In this document: piece by piece, positions 1 through 13,729 of the stretch | Numbering within the stretch: position 1 is the first letter of the stretch | Layout of the letters: the number at the start of each line of letters is the position of its first letter | Assembly (NCBI RefSeq): GCF_036321535.1 | Contig: NC_087437.1 | Span: forward strand, 30,258,001-30,322,000 | Length of the DNA stretch: 64,000 nucleotides | Direction of reading: 5' to 3' | Origin: Camelus dromedarius | Lineage: Eukaryota | The notes under the pieces: generated by a model | The model's input: only the letters and a program-made list of their open reading frames with translations | The model's database searches: none | What the model was told of the DNA's origin: nothing | Position numbers and translations under genes: made by a program

Positions 1-945
1 GATAAAATATTTGCAAATAATATATCTATCTGATAAGGGATTCTCCCCCCTCCAATTTAAAAACCCTTTACCACTCAATAATAGAAAATAAAGAATCCAG
101 TTTAAAATGGGCAAAAGATCTAAATAATTTTTTTCTAAAAAGATGTACAAATGACAAATAAGTGCATGAAAATATGCTTAACATCATTATTAGGGAAAAG
201 CAACCTTGAGGTACCACTTTACATTCACTAAATGTCTATATCAAAAAAGACCAACAATTACAAGCATTGGTGAGGATGTAGAAAAATTGGAAGCCTCATT
301 CGCTGCTGTTGGGAATGTAGAACGGTACAGCCACTTTTGAAAACAGTTCGGCAGTTTCTCAAAATGTTAAACCTAGAGTTATACATGAACCAGAAACTCC
401 ATTCCTGAGTATATATCCAAGAGAAATACAAAGACAAGTATTCACAAAATCTATGCATGAATTTTCACAGTTCTCTTCATAATAGCCAAAAAATGAAAAC
501 AACTCAAATATCCAGCAAGTGATGAATGAATAAATAAATAGGATGTATCCATAAAAAATAAGTTGTTATGCAACAAAAAAATAAAGTACTGATATATACT
601 ATGGCACGGATGAACCTTGAAAACACTATGCTAAGTGAAAAAAAGCCAGCTACAAAAGACTGCTTATTGGATAATGTCATTTCATGTGAAATCTATAGAG
701 ACTGAAAACTAAATTAGCGGTTGTCTAATCTCTTGCAGTCGGGGTTGAGCTGGGTAATAGTAACTGGCTGCTAATGGGTACATGGTTTCTTTTAGGAGTG
801 ATAAAATGTTCTAAAATTTGAATGTAGTGATGGTTGCTTAACTCTGTGAATATACCATAAAACAATGAATTAGAAATTTTAAATGTGTGTATTTCATGGT
901 ATGTGAATTAGATATCCATAAACTTAATCAATTTCATTTAAAAAA
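1..945 (+). mobile_element. LINE-1 3' end (ORF2 C-terminus remnant plus 3'UTR), ancient L1MB-like; runs off the window's left edge
   Basis: Typical L1 blocks aaaatgggcaaaagatctaaat, cattggtgaggatgtagaaaaattgga, gatgaaccttgaaaacactatgctaagtgaaa and a 3'UTR ending in an A-rich stretch near 940; many stops. Confidence 0.9.
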
Positions 946-1218
946 CCCATGTGCAATTAGGTCTGTTTTTAAATTTTCTATCCTTTTTCTTTGGTCTGTT
1001 TAATTGTAAATACTATACTGTTTTAACTGCAGAAATTTCATAATGTTTTTCAGTCTCACATGGCTAGTTGGCTCCCTTTGTACATGTTATTGGGATTTCC
1101 TGCATATTCTTGCTTGTTTTTCTCTCTGAATTTTATAATCAACTTGTCTAACTCCAGAAAAACCCACTCCTGTTATTTTTATTGGTATTGCGTTCAATTT
1201 GTGGCTTATCCTGGGGAG
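946..1218 (-). mobile_element. Old L1 ORF2 fragment
   Basis: T-rich antisense L1-like sequence (tgaattttataatcaacttgtc...tattggtattgcgttcaatttgt). Confidence 0.5.
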
Positions 1219-1282
1219 TTAAAAAGCAGATCTATAAATCTTTTGTTAATTAGGCAGTTGATATGTAATGCGGAAAATGTTG

Positions 1283-1430
1283 TATGTAGCACAGTGGAAG
1301 AGAATGAGTTTGGGGGAAATCTAATTCAAATTCAGATTTGTTTGCCCCCTAATAAGATGTGCAAACTTAGACAAGTTGATTAATTTCTCTATGCTTGAGT
1401 TTTCTAATTTAGAAAATAGAGATAATACTT
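1283..1430 (+). mobile_element. MIR SINE fragment
   Basis: MIR core-like gacaagttgattaatttctctatgcttgagttttctaatttagaaaatagagataata. Confidence 0.7.
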
Positions 1431-1888
1431 AGATATAGTGAATATATACATAAATAAACATACATCAGGTATATAAGATTTGCAAATATTTTATCCCATT
1501 CTGTGGCATGTTCTTTTACTTTCTTGATGGTATCACTTGCAGTATGATTAATTTGGGAATTAAACCTCTATAAGTGTGTGGATTTTTCTGGTTCTTTTGC
1601 TTTTCTCTCTAATGCACTCTTAATGCTTAGTATCTGGTCTGTTGTAGAATCTGAATACATATTTACTGGATAAAAGAGTGAAATATCTGTTAGGGTTTGC
1701 TGCATGTAATGGGTAATCAAATGTTAGTTCCTTTTTTTCCTTTATTTTAGAAATAATGCCAGCATCAAATTTACAGTGATAATCTTAAATTATTTTCTTT
1801 GTCTCTTTATATTACTGAAATATTTTGTATGAAAGTCATGACCATTTTCTTCTATGATATAATTTACTACAAAATTTTCTATTGCATA

Positions 1889-2278
1889 TTTTTTTATTGA
1901 AGTATAGTCAGTTTACAATGTTGTGTCAATTTCTAGTGTACACCACAATGCTTCAGTCATACATGACAATACATATATTCGTTTTCATATTCTTTTTCAA
2001 CATAAGTTACTACAAGATATTGAGTACCATTCCCTTTGCTATACAGTATGAACTTGTGGTTTATCTAGTTTATATATGTTAATATCTGCAAATCTTGAGC
2101 TCCCAGTTTATCCCTTCCCACCCCCATCTGCCCTGGTAACCATAAGCTTGTTTCCTATGTCTGTGAGTCTGTTTCTGTTTTGTAAATAGGTTTACTTTTT
2201 TTTTTTTTTTTTTAGGTTCCACATATAAATTATATCATGGTATTTTTCTTTCTCTTTCTGGCTTACTTCACTTAGAAT
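1889..2278 (-). mobile_element. Younger, lineage-type L1 3' end, 5'-truncated
   Basis: Poly-T then attgaagtatagtcagtttacaatgttgtgtcaatttct...ggtaaccataag...ctgtgagtctgtttctgttttgtaaat...ggcttacttcacttag; clearly similar to the copies at 26451 and 59559. Confidence 0.9.
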
Positions 2279-3374
2279 ACAATGAAATTTTGTTGCGGTT
2301 GAATATGATTTCCTAAAGCTTATATTTTCATTTCATATTTTCTTCAGTTTTGTATTTACAATAGCACTAAGTGATTGCTTACTGGAAGCAACTCATATAA
2401 ATAACAAATTAAAAGCAGACTTACAGGAATAATGAAAACAAAGGGCAGTAAGTCATACCCACATCATCCATATGCATTTTAACACAGTGTAGGATTTGCA
2501 GTTAGAAGAAAATGCTCTGAGCAGACATTGTTACCAGTTTGATTTGTTCACGAGTGAGCTTATGTTTGTTATTAAATTGTAAACTTTCTACAGTAAATTA
2601 CTGCAAAGAAAAACAAAACAAACCCCTGGAAAATACTAATCTTAGTGAGTTGGTAGCAAAATTAGGATGAGAAAATAAGTAATGCACCTGTAAGATTCCC
2701 AGCTATTGTTAAAATAGCTTTAATTGCTGAATCTCTCTCAATATATATTCCCTCCATATTCTCTTTTTCTTTCTCAGAATATATGTTTCTAATATTTTAA
2801 ATATATATTTTAATTATTATAAATGTACAGAGAGAATATAGAAAAAATATATATGGAAAGAGAGAAAGAGGGAGACAGAGAGGGAGAGGGGCAAAGACAT
2901 GAAAAGAGACTGTTAAATTACAATAAACCCAGTTCCAACCTTGTACAAATAGGTGCAGGATAGAAAAATGCATGCTGATAAGTTCATAGAGGTTCTAACT
3001 TCTGACAATGACTGGTGAACATCTATCTGCATCTTAATGATTCTGAAAGTTTGTGTCCGTAGGCGTGTATTTATGGAAACAAGCTTATCTTCTTTTAATT
3101 CGCTGGAACAGTTTTCCTAATGATGTTATGGAGAGATACCTGACCTAGTTATAAATGTAGTGATTTTTTTTTTCCCTTCTTAAAGTCCGTGTTATTTAGA
3201 CAACAATCAACACTATCTGGCTTGAAGACAGATTTCCCTGGTGGTTTTGGCCCTTCTAGTATAAAATTATGCCTCCAAGTTTTTCTCTTTTCATCCTCTT
3301 TGGTTGTTTTTTTTTTTAATTATTGTTATAATGACACATACATGTAACTAGATGCGTATCTCTATCAATATATA

Positions 3375-3615
3375 ATTGTAGTAGGGTAGAATTTGTAAGC
3401 TTTGAGTTCAAGAAACTTCAAATTCAAATTCAGTTCTACTATTTATTAACTAAATAACTTGGGAAAATTATTTAATTTCTCTGAACCTCAGTTTCCTCAT
3501 AGGCAAACTAGCAGGTAATTTCTTCAACTGCAAATCAGTGGGTAATAATCTCTATGTTAACAAAGCTAATATCTTCTAAATGCCTAACACAGTGCCAGCT
3601 AAAGTGAATACTCAA
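3375..3615 (+). mobile_element. MIR SINE
   Basis: Core ttgggaaaattatttaatttctctgaacctcagtttcctcat and 3' part aacacagtgccagctaaagtgaatactcaa. Confidence 0.8.
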
Positions 3616-3779
3616 CCCAGAGCTGTTATTTTCATGATCGGTATTACATCTCTGTTCATCATAATCTGAATGATTAAGTTCCCTTGAAGGATGCATGGGC
3701 AATCTCGCAGCCATGTGTATGTCTCCTTTGGAAAGTTGTTTGGAAGGGAGGAAAACAAGGTTTCTTCCTTCCAAGTCTT

Positions 3780-4130
3780 CATGTCTTCCACATTGCTAAA
3801 TTCACTCATTCATTTTCAGGCTTCACTTTAGCACTTCACGCAGTTGATCTCTCCACCTTGAAACACTTTCTGCACATGACTTCCCGGTGACTGATCTGAT
3901 TGTCTAGATGCCCCTTCTTAGACTTCTTTGCCTGCTGCTTTTCAGCAACTTGATACCTAAATTTTACAACATCCTAAGACTTAGTTCTTTGACTTTTCCT
4001 TTTATTGCTTACACTCTTTCCTTTGGGATCCTGTCTAGTTTCCTAACTTTAAATGCCATGTTTATGCTGATTGCTAAGCCCTTGACCTCACTCCTGAACC
4101 TCAGACACAAATATCCAACTGCTTACTTAC
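3780..4130 (+). mobile_element. LINE-2 fragment
   Basis: L2-like cacattgctaaattc..., cttgaaacactttc, ctcctgaacctcagacacaaatatccaactgcttact. Confidence 0.65.
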
Positions 4131-4717
4131 CTCAGTTTTCTCGTTCATAAAATGAGTTTGGTGATACTGCTTTGTAGTCTCTCTGACTCTGACTCATTAT
4201 TTGATGGTGAAAATAAATTTGTAGATGATATTAGAAAAATCCAAAGATAACTCAGACATGAAGCTACATTTATTTTATAATATTTAAATATATGTAATAT
4301 ATTATTTAAACACTATAGTAACTGTATTTATGATTCAAAACTAGACAACTAGCCTAGTAACTAACATTTATTCAATAGCTTTATATTTAGGTGTACTATA
4401 GGTATTAAATGGTTTGTAAGCTTTTAGGCATAATTCACAGGCTTGACAAAGATGTTATTTTTTGACATAGTTGGTACACAAAACATGTTAGCATGTTTCT
4501 TGTTATTACATTTATTTACTTTATTTCCTTTTGCTAATTCCCTATAATGTGAATGAGTAAGATTTCCTAATTAAAAGTTGAGAATGTCAGATTGAGTAAA
4601 AAAAAAAAAAAGAAAAATATTCCCATTTGGATGAGCTATGAAAGTGACTCAAAGAAAACAAAGGACACACAGAAGTTAAAAAAAGTTAAATGGTAACACA
4701 AAGAAGGTAGAATAGCA

Positions 4718-5127
4718 AAGAGCACCCACTGCAGAGGGGGTTCTCAATAATCAGGTGGACAAGAGGAGACATTACATGGATAAAAGTCAGTGGTTGCTTA
4801 CAAGCTGCAGTGCTTGCTTAACAGACTCATAAATAAAGGATCTACATAGGGGGAAGGAGGTTATGCAGGGCCTTGAAAACAGGAGTTTCCCTTCACCAAG
4901 GCTGATCTGGATAACGTGTCTGCAAAGTACCTCACCTGTCAACAGTAGTCTAGTATTGAGCCACCTGTGTGGTACTATTTCCCCAGGAGTACCAGGCAGC
5001 CATTTGGTATAGGTTAATCACACTATACCCCTATTTCATGGAGAGAACAGCAATTTGGCTCCTTGGGAACAAATATTTACTCTGGATAAAGATTTGCTTT
5101 TCCAGCTTGGCATGCTCTTGCCATCAG
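4718..5127 (+). mobile_element. ERVL (class III endogenous retrovirus) internal sequence, integrase N-terminal part, decayed
   Basis: Manual translation GGYAGP*KQEFPFTKADLDNVSAKYLTCQQ* ... SWREQQFGSLGTNIYSG*RFAFPAWHALAISII resembles recalled ERV-L integrase (GGYAWAQQHGLPLTKADLATATAECPICQQ...SWKGQRFVLTGIDTYSGYGFAFPARNASAKTTI). Confidence 0.85.
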
Positions 5128-6600
5128 TATCATCACAACTAGGATATTGACACTGATACAGTCAAGATACTGAATATTTTCATCACCACAAGGATCCATT
5201 ATGTTGCCCTTTTATAGCCACTCTCTCCTCTCTTCCACGCCCCTACTTTTGACTCCAGGCAACCACTAATCTTGTCTCCATTTCTATAATTTTATTTCAA
5301 TAATGTAATATAAATGAAGTGATATATCATATGACCTTTTGGGAGTAGCTCTTTCCACACAGTATAATTCCCTGGCAGTTCATCCAAGTTGTTGCATTTA
5401 TCGATAGTTCATTCCTCTTTCTTGCTGAATAATACTCTGTGGTATGAATGTATTGCAGTTTTTTTAACCATTTACCTACTGAAAGACATGTGGATTGCTT
5501 CCAGTTTGGGACTATGCGCATTCCTGTATAGCTTGTGTGAATATAAGTTTTCATTTCTCTGAGATAAATGCCCAAGAGTGCAATTGCTAGGTCATATGGA
5601 AATTGAATGTATAATTTTATAGAAAACTACCAGATTGTTTTCCGTAGTAGCTGTATCATTTTCCATTTCACTAGAGAAAAAATGAGTGATCTAGTTTCTC
5701 TTTATTCTCTACAGCATTTGGCGTTTCACTACTTTTTGTATTAGTTATTCTTATAGATATATAGTGATGTCTCATTGTGGTTTTAATTTGCATTTCCCTA
5801 ATGGCCAGTGATGTTGAGTATCTTTTTATGTGCCTACTTATTATTATACATCCTCTTGAGTGAAATGGCTATTCGTACCTTTTGTCCATTTTCTAATTGG
5901 TTTGTTTCTTCTTTGTTTAACTGTTGAATTTTGAGAGTTCTTTATATTTTGAAAGTTCTAAATAATAGTCCTGTGTCAGATATGTGGTTTCTCTCAGAAT
6001 ATAAATGTTCTTTTTATACCTTTAATAGGATGTTTCACAAAGTAAATGTTTTTCACTTTGATGAGGTCTAATGATCAAGTTTTCCTTTTAGGGGTCATGC
6101 TTTTTGTGTCAAGTCTACAAACTCTGCTTGGACCTAGATCCCAAGTGTTTTTTTTCCCTATGTTATTATTCTAAAAGTTTTATAGTTTTCATTGTACATT
6201 TAACCTGCGATCTATTTTGAGTTAATTTTTATAAAAGATACAAAGTTTAGGCTGAGGTTCACATGTGTGTGTGTGTGCTCACGCTTGAGAGAGAAAGAGA
6301 GAGAAGCCTATGGATTCAGTTGTTCCAGTACCATTTGTTAAAAAGGCTGTCCTTCTTCAGTTGAAATGCTTTTGCCCACTTGTCAGAAATCAGCTGGCTG
6401 TATATGTGTAGGTCTGTCTCTGGATTCTTTATTCTGATTCATTTGTCCATGTATCTTTCCTTCCACCAATACCACACTGCTTTGATTACTATAACTACAT
6501 AGTAGGCCTTAATATTGGGTAGAGTGGTTCCTTCCACTTTATTCTTTTCTGTTCAAGCTTTTTTTTTCTACTTCACTGACTATGTATATAAATTTTAGAA
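5128..6600 (-). mobile_element. L1 (L1MC-like) 3' region inserted into the ERVL integrase
   Basis: L1MC-type 3'UTR tcacaactaggatattgacactgatacagtcaagatac followed by antisense ORF2 sequence; ORF 5327-5575 gives L1-like MGIYLREMKTYIH...YIHTTEYYSARKRNE. Confidence 0.9.
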
Positions 6601-7740
6601 CAATCCACAGATTTTAAATACCTTATTCACCATCAGGATACCCCACACTTTAACCAGTTCCCTGTCTTGCCATTTACCTTGTCATGCAGCAGTAAGTGGC
6701 CTGATAGCAAGAGGAAAGTCCCTGTTAAAGACTCAATTATGGAGTCAGTTGGATAACAACATTTGAGGAGGGGGTCCTTTCCTATAAGATGCAGTATGTG
6801 CTTTCAACTGTTACCAGTATGATATGAAAGATACGGTGTATCTTTCTTAGCCAGAAATCATGGAGAGCCAGGGGGCAAAAGTGGTCATGACTCCTCCCAC
6901 TGTTATCAATAAATCCCTTACAGAATTTCTGCCTCTTGTCCTACTACTTTGGATTCTGTTGATTTAGAGGTGTTCGTTACTAACTAATACAGGCTTTCAT
7001 CCGGCCATTTGGAGCTTCTAGTCCCTCTTCACCAGCAGGCAAAGAAGGAATTTACTGTGTTAGCTTGGGATCTTGATTCGGATTATCAAAAGGAAATAGT
7101 ATTTGTGCTTCACAATGGGAGAGAGGAGATCTAATCCTAGAAACTAGCATTCCTGGAGTGCCTTTTAGTACTTCTATACCCAGTAGTAAAAGTGAAGACT
7201 ATAGAAATACAGAGAAGAAAATTAAGGGCTAAATTCCTTTAGCAATGAAAGTATGACTCATAAAGCACCATGCCCACCTGTGGGACTAGCAGAGAAAAAA
7301 GAGAATATGTAATAGATGCTAGAAAAACAAAGTTAATCATTATCAACTGCAACCTTGTAATCAAGTGCAAAAATGAGGATTAGTTATGCATATATTTTCC
7401 TTGCTTTATTATGATGATATTTGTACATATTAACTAGTTTCCCCCCTCTCCACTGTCTCTACTATTTAGTATAAGAGTTATCGGTAGTTGTAAATCTAGT
7501 AATCTTTAGTTGGAAATATCAAAGGGGGATTGTGGCTTTACTGGAAGAAGAATGAGCGTTACTTCAGGTTGGAAATGGTGACATGGGATTCGGGGGTCTT
7601 CTCTTTTTTGATAGGTGATGAAGGTATCTTATATAAGAGATAGTTGCCTTAGGTGGATGGAAACATGTTTCTGTTTCAGTTTGTAAGTTTAAATATGGAT
7701 GAAGGATATGTGTAAACAATGAATAGCTATCAAGGAACTG
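6601..7740 (+). mobile_element. ERVL internal sequence continued: integrase core, dUTPase remnant and 3' untranslated region
   Basis: SCHLPCHAAVSGLIARGKSLLKTQLWSQLDNNI* (~6665-6766) resembles the ERV-L integrase core; 7003-7134 translates GHLELLVPLHQQAKKEFTVLAWDLDSDYQKEIVFVLHNGREEI*, like the dUTPase GVIDxDYxGEI motif. Confidence 0.85.
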
Positions 7741-7759
7741 GCCCTCATTCTGGGCCACC

Positions 7760-7812
7760 TTTTTTCTTTTTTTTTTTTTTTTATCTATCTATCTATCCAT
7801 CTATCCATCCAT
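7760..7812. repeat. Poly-T plus (ATCT/ATCC)n simple repeat
   Basis: Seen directly. Confidence 0.9.
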
Positions 7813-10800
7813 CGATTCATTCTAAGAGATCCTTTGTGATCAGTGAAATGTAAAGAGATAAAGACAGAGCTGTGGCATCTGATCTTACTTCCTGTCTACC
7901 TCGCTTGGCAAAGCCCTGCCTGCTCATGAGCTCCCCACAGATGCACTGCAGCCCATCCAAGCCATCTCCAGCACCTGAAGTCCAGCCATTAGCTCTTTGC
8001 CCTGCGTCCCCACTTGCCAGCATTTGTAACCTCATCTGCAGTATAACCCTGAGCCAGCCCATGGGAGGGTGCTGCTCGGACCATTCCCAGTGAAAGCCTT
8101 CAGGTTTATAGGTCAAATGAGACCTGTTAAAAAGGTTTTTCAGAGGGCTCTATCCATTTGGGGAACTAAATTCAGTATATTCTTTTATTACTGGTGACTT
8201 AGTGTCCAGTTCCTTATCTGATGTCCTTTGGTGGGCACTGATCTATGAGCAACTAGAGAAAAAAGAGGCTGGCACAGTTGATAAGTAGCTGGCACACTTC
8301 ATAGGCAGCTGCTGCATGATAACACAGTTAGATACAGGTGGATGCCATTGTGGTTTTTTTTTGCTTCATCTTCACCTGGTGACCTTCCCCATTTGAGCTC
8401 ATAGATGGGAGCCTCTGTCTCCCAAAAGGAGTGCATAATCAGAAGCTAAAGGAAGTCACGTTATTGGTTTATAAAATCAAAGTGAATAGTCCAGGAAAGA
8501 TGTGAATGAAGATGGGATCTGGCAGAACGAGTTTACTTCTTTGGCCTTCAAGTATGTAAGAGTCCTCTGAGCCGGGAAGGGAGAGAAGAAAGCTATAAGG
8601 AAAAGAGCTGGGTGCTGGCATACATGTGTATGTTGAGTGGAGGAGGGGGCTGCCCTTTCCTCCTTCTCGGGACTGAAATAAAATGCAGCCTCAGACAGTC
8701 CATATCCCCTAAAGAGCTAGTGGAATAGCCAGATATTTTCTGGTGAGGCCAAAATTCGCCCAGATTTGACACTGAGCACTAAAAGGTGAAAAGGGTTCTG
8801 GGAGGAGGCAGATGGGGTGGCATGGTCTGTGAGCTGGAAGCCAGGTGGCAGATGCTGCCTCACTGTGGATTCCAGTGTGGAGAGGCTAATGACTGAGAAA
8901 TGAGTAGCTCTCCCCATTAATTTTGCACCACTGAGTACACTCACAGCTGAAAATCAGCCTCAGGGAAAATCCTCTATTACTGAGTTTCAAACTAAAATGA
9001 CTAAGAGAATAGTGAATTTGAATAATTTATTTACAAGTGACTAGATTAACTTTTCTACCTTAAAGTAGAGACGGAGACTTAAAATAGAAACCAAGTCCAT
9101 ATATAGAGAAACAAATTGAATATCTGCACTTCTGATACATCAGTAAATATATATGATGTGCTTATGATAATTGTATCCTATTCCGGTCATTCTAATGGAC
9201 CTCTTCTTGTTTTAGTGCGATGTGGCAAAAGTTAGTATTTTTAATTTCAACAAGAGCAAAAGTTATCTTAGCACTGATGGGATTGGAAGGGTGGTGAATG
9301 TTAAGTCTTATGAATAGAGCTTCTCAAATTGCTAGATTAACATATAGTTGTAATGAGTAACAGCATCATCTTAAAAGAGGTTTTGCAATTGGTCTTTTGT
9401 AATACTTCATATATTTTAAAGCATATATATTATCATACAGAGATTTTTACTTCACAATTGGCTTACCTTAGTTCTTCAATTTCTCTAGTACTAAGAAGCT
9501 TTTAAAAATGCTAATATTAAATATTCTGTATATAGTTGTTAACTTTTTTAGACAAGAAAATTCCTTTTCCTTTTAGAAATCATATTTTATTATTTTTACT
9601 ATCACTATTAATGATATTCTCCTGACTTTCCTTTCCATGGCAAGAGAGCATGAGGTGATTAGAAAGTTCAAAATCTTTCTTTGAAAAGAACTCTTTATGA
9701 AAAAACATACAGTGAATTTAGCAAAATAAAACAATAATTAAAGCAATAACTAGCATTTTCGCAAGTCATTTGTACAGCGGAAGTTTCACTTTAGATGCTG
9801 CTTCTGTAGATGACTTACTTAAAAGCAGTTGGCATCTCAACGTGGATTCAGTCCGTTATTCCAAAATTACAGTCTTTTGAGACCATAATTTACATAGTTT
9901 TTTTTTTTTAACTTTAACTCACATTAAAGCCTCACTCTATGACAGGAAGACAGTTATAATAATGGACAACATCCCTTGTCTGCCCTTGGATCGTTTCAGT
10001 AGAATATGTAAGCACATGCAGCGTGCTAGCTCTTGATCAGTCGGCCCACAGATGAGGCTCTTTGCCATTTTTCAATCATTTAGAGACATAAATTGCACAT
10101 AATACTCAGTGCAGAGAAAGAAGATAAGCTGTGTTAGATCCATTTTTAACCATAAAGGAAGGTTATTTATAAAATGGTGGCTCATTTGGAAGAATACATG
10201 TTTTTTATTAAAAAGAAGGAGATTGTGTGCTTCTAAAAAATCTTAAAATAAAAATAATTCCGACAATGGAGGAAGCAGAATCACCCCTTTGCAAATTTTA
10301 ATAGGTTATTTATGCTTTTGGAATAGAGTCATCCAGCCATATGACCATCGTTGATTAATAATGAATGTGGTTTCAGGACAATCATAGCACTGTATTGTGT
10401 TACAAAGCCGGCACTAATCATTTGGGATAGAAGCAGCAAATGTGATTACTCTATAATCAGGATAGATCTGCAAATAATGGCTCATCAGGGGCAAGTGTAT
10501 AATATGACCATAGTTCTATAAGTTGGCCTTATATAATAAAACATAAGATACAACCAGACTAATTTCTGCTCAATGGTTCAGAAATAACCTTAATGTCATC
10601 CTCTCAAAGAGATCACTGTGTTGGAAGGGCTTCAAAGGGGGCCAGGGACTGAGGGAACGAAGAAGTGAACTCAACAGGTTCAGGGTAAGCGTGAGTTGGT
10701 ATTTTGAACCTGTGTTGGATGGCATTCCTCTTCTCTTCGTTCCCCTGAAGAATGCTGCCTCTGCTTTGTAATATCTGGCATCTTTTATCAATGGTTATCA

Positions 10801-11982
10801 CAGAGGATATATTAAATGGACCTCAGTTTTTGGGTTTGCAGTCATCTTCTGTTTGCATGGACACATCATATATAATAGCACCATTTCTCGTAGCTCACAT
10901 CTCTGCAGGTTCTTTGGGGGCAGGGGTATGTTTAGATAGTGAGAAGTGGCATTCTTGACATTCCTGTGTGATCTCTGTGACCCTGGTGGATCCCTATCTA
11001 CTGATGTGCATCAAGGTGCAAAGGGGTAGGGGCATCTATCCTGATATCCCTTACACCAAAATCGCACTTTGGTATGAAAGAAGAGTACACATATACTTTA
11101 GTCAGTTCATATTAAGGGACCACAAGTTCTGTCAAGAGACTTTGGAGAAAAAAAAGACCACTGACCTTTAGTAAAATGTTGAATTTTCAGATTCTCTATT
11201 TCCATCTTTTTTTTACAATGACCCTGTGACTATTATGGATAGAGGTTTTTATTATCATGAAATACAGTGCAACTAACAGGGGATTGTAAAAGCTGTTTCT
11301 GTGTGACCAAGGCTAAACACATACTATCTTTTGTAGAGGTTTACTCCCTAGAGCTAGTCTTATAGTGCCTTTGTGCACAAAACCCTGAAAGTTAGAAAAG
11401 TTTTTGTCTTTACCAATTTCCCCTTATAATTCTGTGGAAGCCTTGGCTAACGAGGAAGTTCCTAATTCAAGCTAAGTGGCATACCTTACTTGATTTGAAA
11501 TGCCCTCACAAGGAAGTTGAAATAAACTTGATGCAAAGTGAAAAGTACAAATTTTCACCTTCTAAAATAGTTCATAGAGAAGCAATAGAAAGTAAGGAAA
11601 AGGTCGAATCTAAGAATCATTGAATTCTGAGTCTCTCCCTCAAGCCTACATTTTCTTGTTTTTTTCATAAAAACATTTACACAAGTATGTGGGAAGTCCA
11701 TGTTTTCCTCCACAAGCCCCTGACTCATCGAGTGTCCGCATCCTCTCAGAAAAATGTAATAACCACTTGTTGCTCTCTATGCACTTTTTCTTAACACACC
11801 ACTTCAGATAATAGTGATACTTTATAAGTGCTTTTTGACACTAATGCTTCTTCACAAGAGGTGTGATGGGTTAGGAGTAAGGAGATCCAAGTTCTGATAT
11901 CTTCTTCTCATCACCTCTTTTGTAAATAAGATTTTCATATCAGTTTTGTGTAAGGGGTGATGAAACTTATTTTGATGTAAGA

Positions 11983-12020
<38 letters not shown>

Positions 12021-12032
12021 AAAAGAGAGAGA
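11983..12032. repeat. Compound microsatellite (GT)10(GA)9 plus imperfect GA
   Basis: Seen directly. Confidence 0.95.
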
Positions 12033-12525
12033 GGGAGAAATGCCTCATATTTTTAGTGCCGAAATGTTCAAACATTTTCTACGTTAATGGTGCATTTGGG
12101 ATTGATGCCACATATATAAACCAGAATAGATTCATTTGGATATTCTTTAGTTTATTTCTTTTAAAGTTTTAATTTCTCCATACATAAAAAGGCTTCCTAC
12201 AATTCCCAATGGTCAGAATTTGAATTAAATCTATATTGAAATTATATGATCCATATGCTATTTCAAGTAGAAAAGAGGCCAAAATTTTTTATTCAGTACT
12301 CCTAGTAGTTGGGATAAGGAAATAAATTAAAACATTGTTTCTGTAAAATTAAATATATCCTCCATTGCAGAAAATTTGGCCTTACTACCAATTTTCAAAT
12401 AAAGTTTGACTTAAATTTTTCCTTCTGGAAAAAGAGCCTAATATCTATGGATGCATAAGATTTACCTTAAGTTTCAGACCTATGTTCTTCTAGCTCAGCA
12501 TCTTGACTACTTCAGGCTTATACCA

Positions 12526-12760
12526 TGGCAGTGTGGTCCTAAGTGTAAAACATCGAGTCAGGAGCAGGCTTCCCAGGTTTAATCCTAGCTCTGCCAACTG
12601 CTAGAAATGTGGCCTTGGAACAGTTACTAACTTCTCTGTGCTTCCATTTCCTCTTTTGTAAAATGGAGATAATAGATTTACCTCCAATCTTTATTGTGAG
12701 GATAAATTGAGTTAACATGGGTAAACAATAGTGCTTGGCATTTACTAAGCATTCATAACA
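12526..12760 (+). mobile_element. MIR SINE, near full length
   Basis: ccaggtttaatcctagctctgccaact...gtggccttggaacagttactaacttctctgtgcttccatttcctcttttgtaaaatggagataata...gtgcttggcatttactaagcattca. Confidence 0.85.
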
Positions 12761-13523
12761 TCAAGTGTATATATCACGCCCAACAGTCAGTTTTGTTCTG
12801 AACATCCTTTCTTTGGCAATAAAGTTCAACACTTTAATTTATGAATGCATAGACCTTTTTGAAATTGTGTCCATTTTCCCCCTGTACCACTGGTAGAAGG
12901 AATGAATGTCTTTGTTTTGCTATGTTCAACTGTTTATTTGGAGGGCCTTCCAAAATCATTCATCTTCATTCTTGCAGCCTTGGTTATTCTGGCTAGTACA
13001 TTTGAGCTTGAAAGGTCACATGATAGGCTATGAAAAGAACCTCCATCCCCCCTTTAAAATCACGTTCCCTTTATCTTTTGTTTTACAAGACAATGCAATT
13101 AACTGGGATAATTTTACTAAATCTAAGAGGTATTTTTTAACAAATAAGATACTGAAGCTTGTGTTTGCACCAATAGATTATCCACTATAGATGTAAAATT
13201 TCTGCTGTGTAATTTTTGCTGTTTTATAAGAAGTGATTTCCATTTTAGAAATTTCCCTTTAAAAGAGACTTTCAAAGAGGGAAAATCTAGTAATTTAGGC
13301 TTTTAACATCACAGGGAAGTGCTTCTTAAAATTGGAGGAGAGAACCATTAACATTTTCTTAGATTTTATACACTGTCTGGTTACCATGGACATACCAATT
13401 CAAGGTTATTTAAAAGTAAACAACATGAAAAACCTACACAGTGCAATGAAGTATATAAATGATACGAGAAATACTGTGCAAGTCTTTAGTGAAGGCTTAT
13501 TATGACCTTCAGCTGAAAAATTC

Positions 13524-13559
13524 TATGTATGTATGTACGTATGTACATATGTATGTATG
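13524..13559. repeat. (TATG)n imperfect microsatellite
   Basis: Seen directly. Confidence 0.9.
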
Positions 13560-13729
13560 AAGGCAGCTTCTGGATTACTGTTAGGATTGCTGTCTCAATG
13601 GAAGATCATGAAAATTCCTAAACTCTGTGTCTATAAAAACCCTCCTTAATTCATTTAAACATGAATGAGAACAAAGTAAAGGGCCAGTGCCATCACAATC
13701 ATGGTTTTATGTAAGTTTTATGTGAGTTT

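Noticed and set aside
8833..8852. Additional CTCF site aagccaggtggcag
   Set aside because: Lacks the conserved 5' CC of the core; weak match.
10610..10695. Exon ending at donor-like CAGG|GTAAGC
   Set aside because: Weak acceptor, and the one open frame gives no recognisable peptide.
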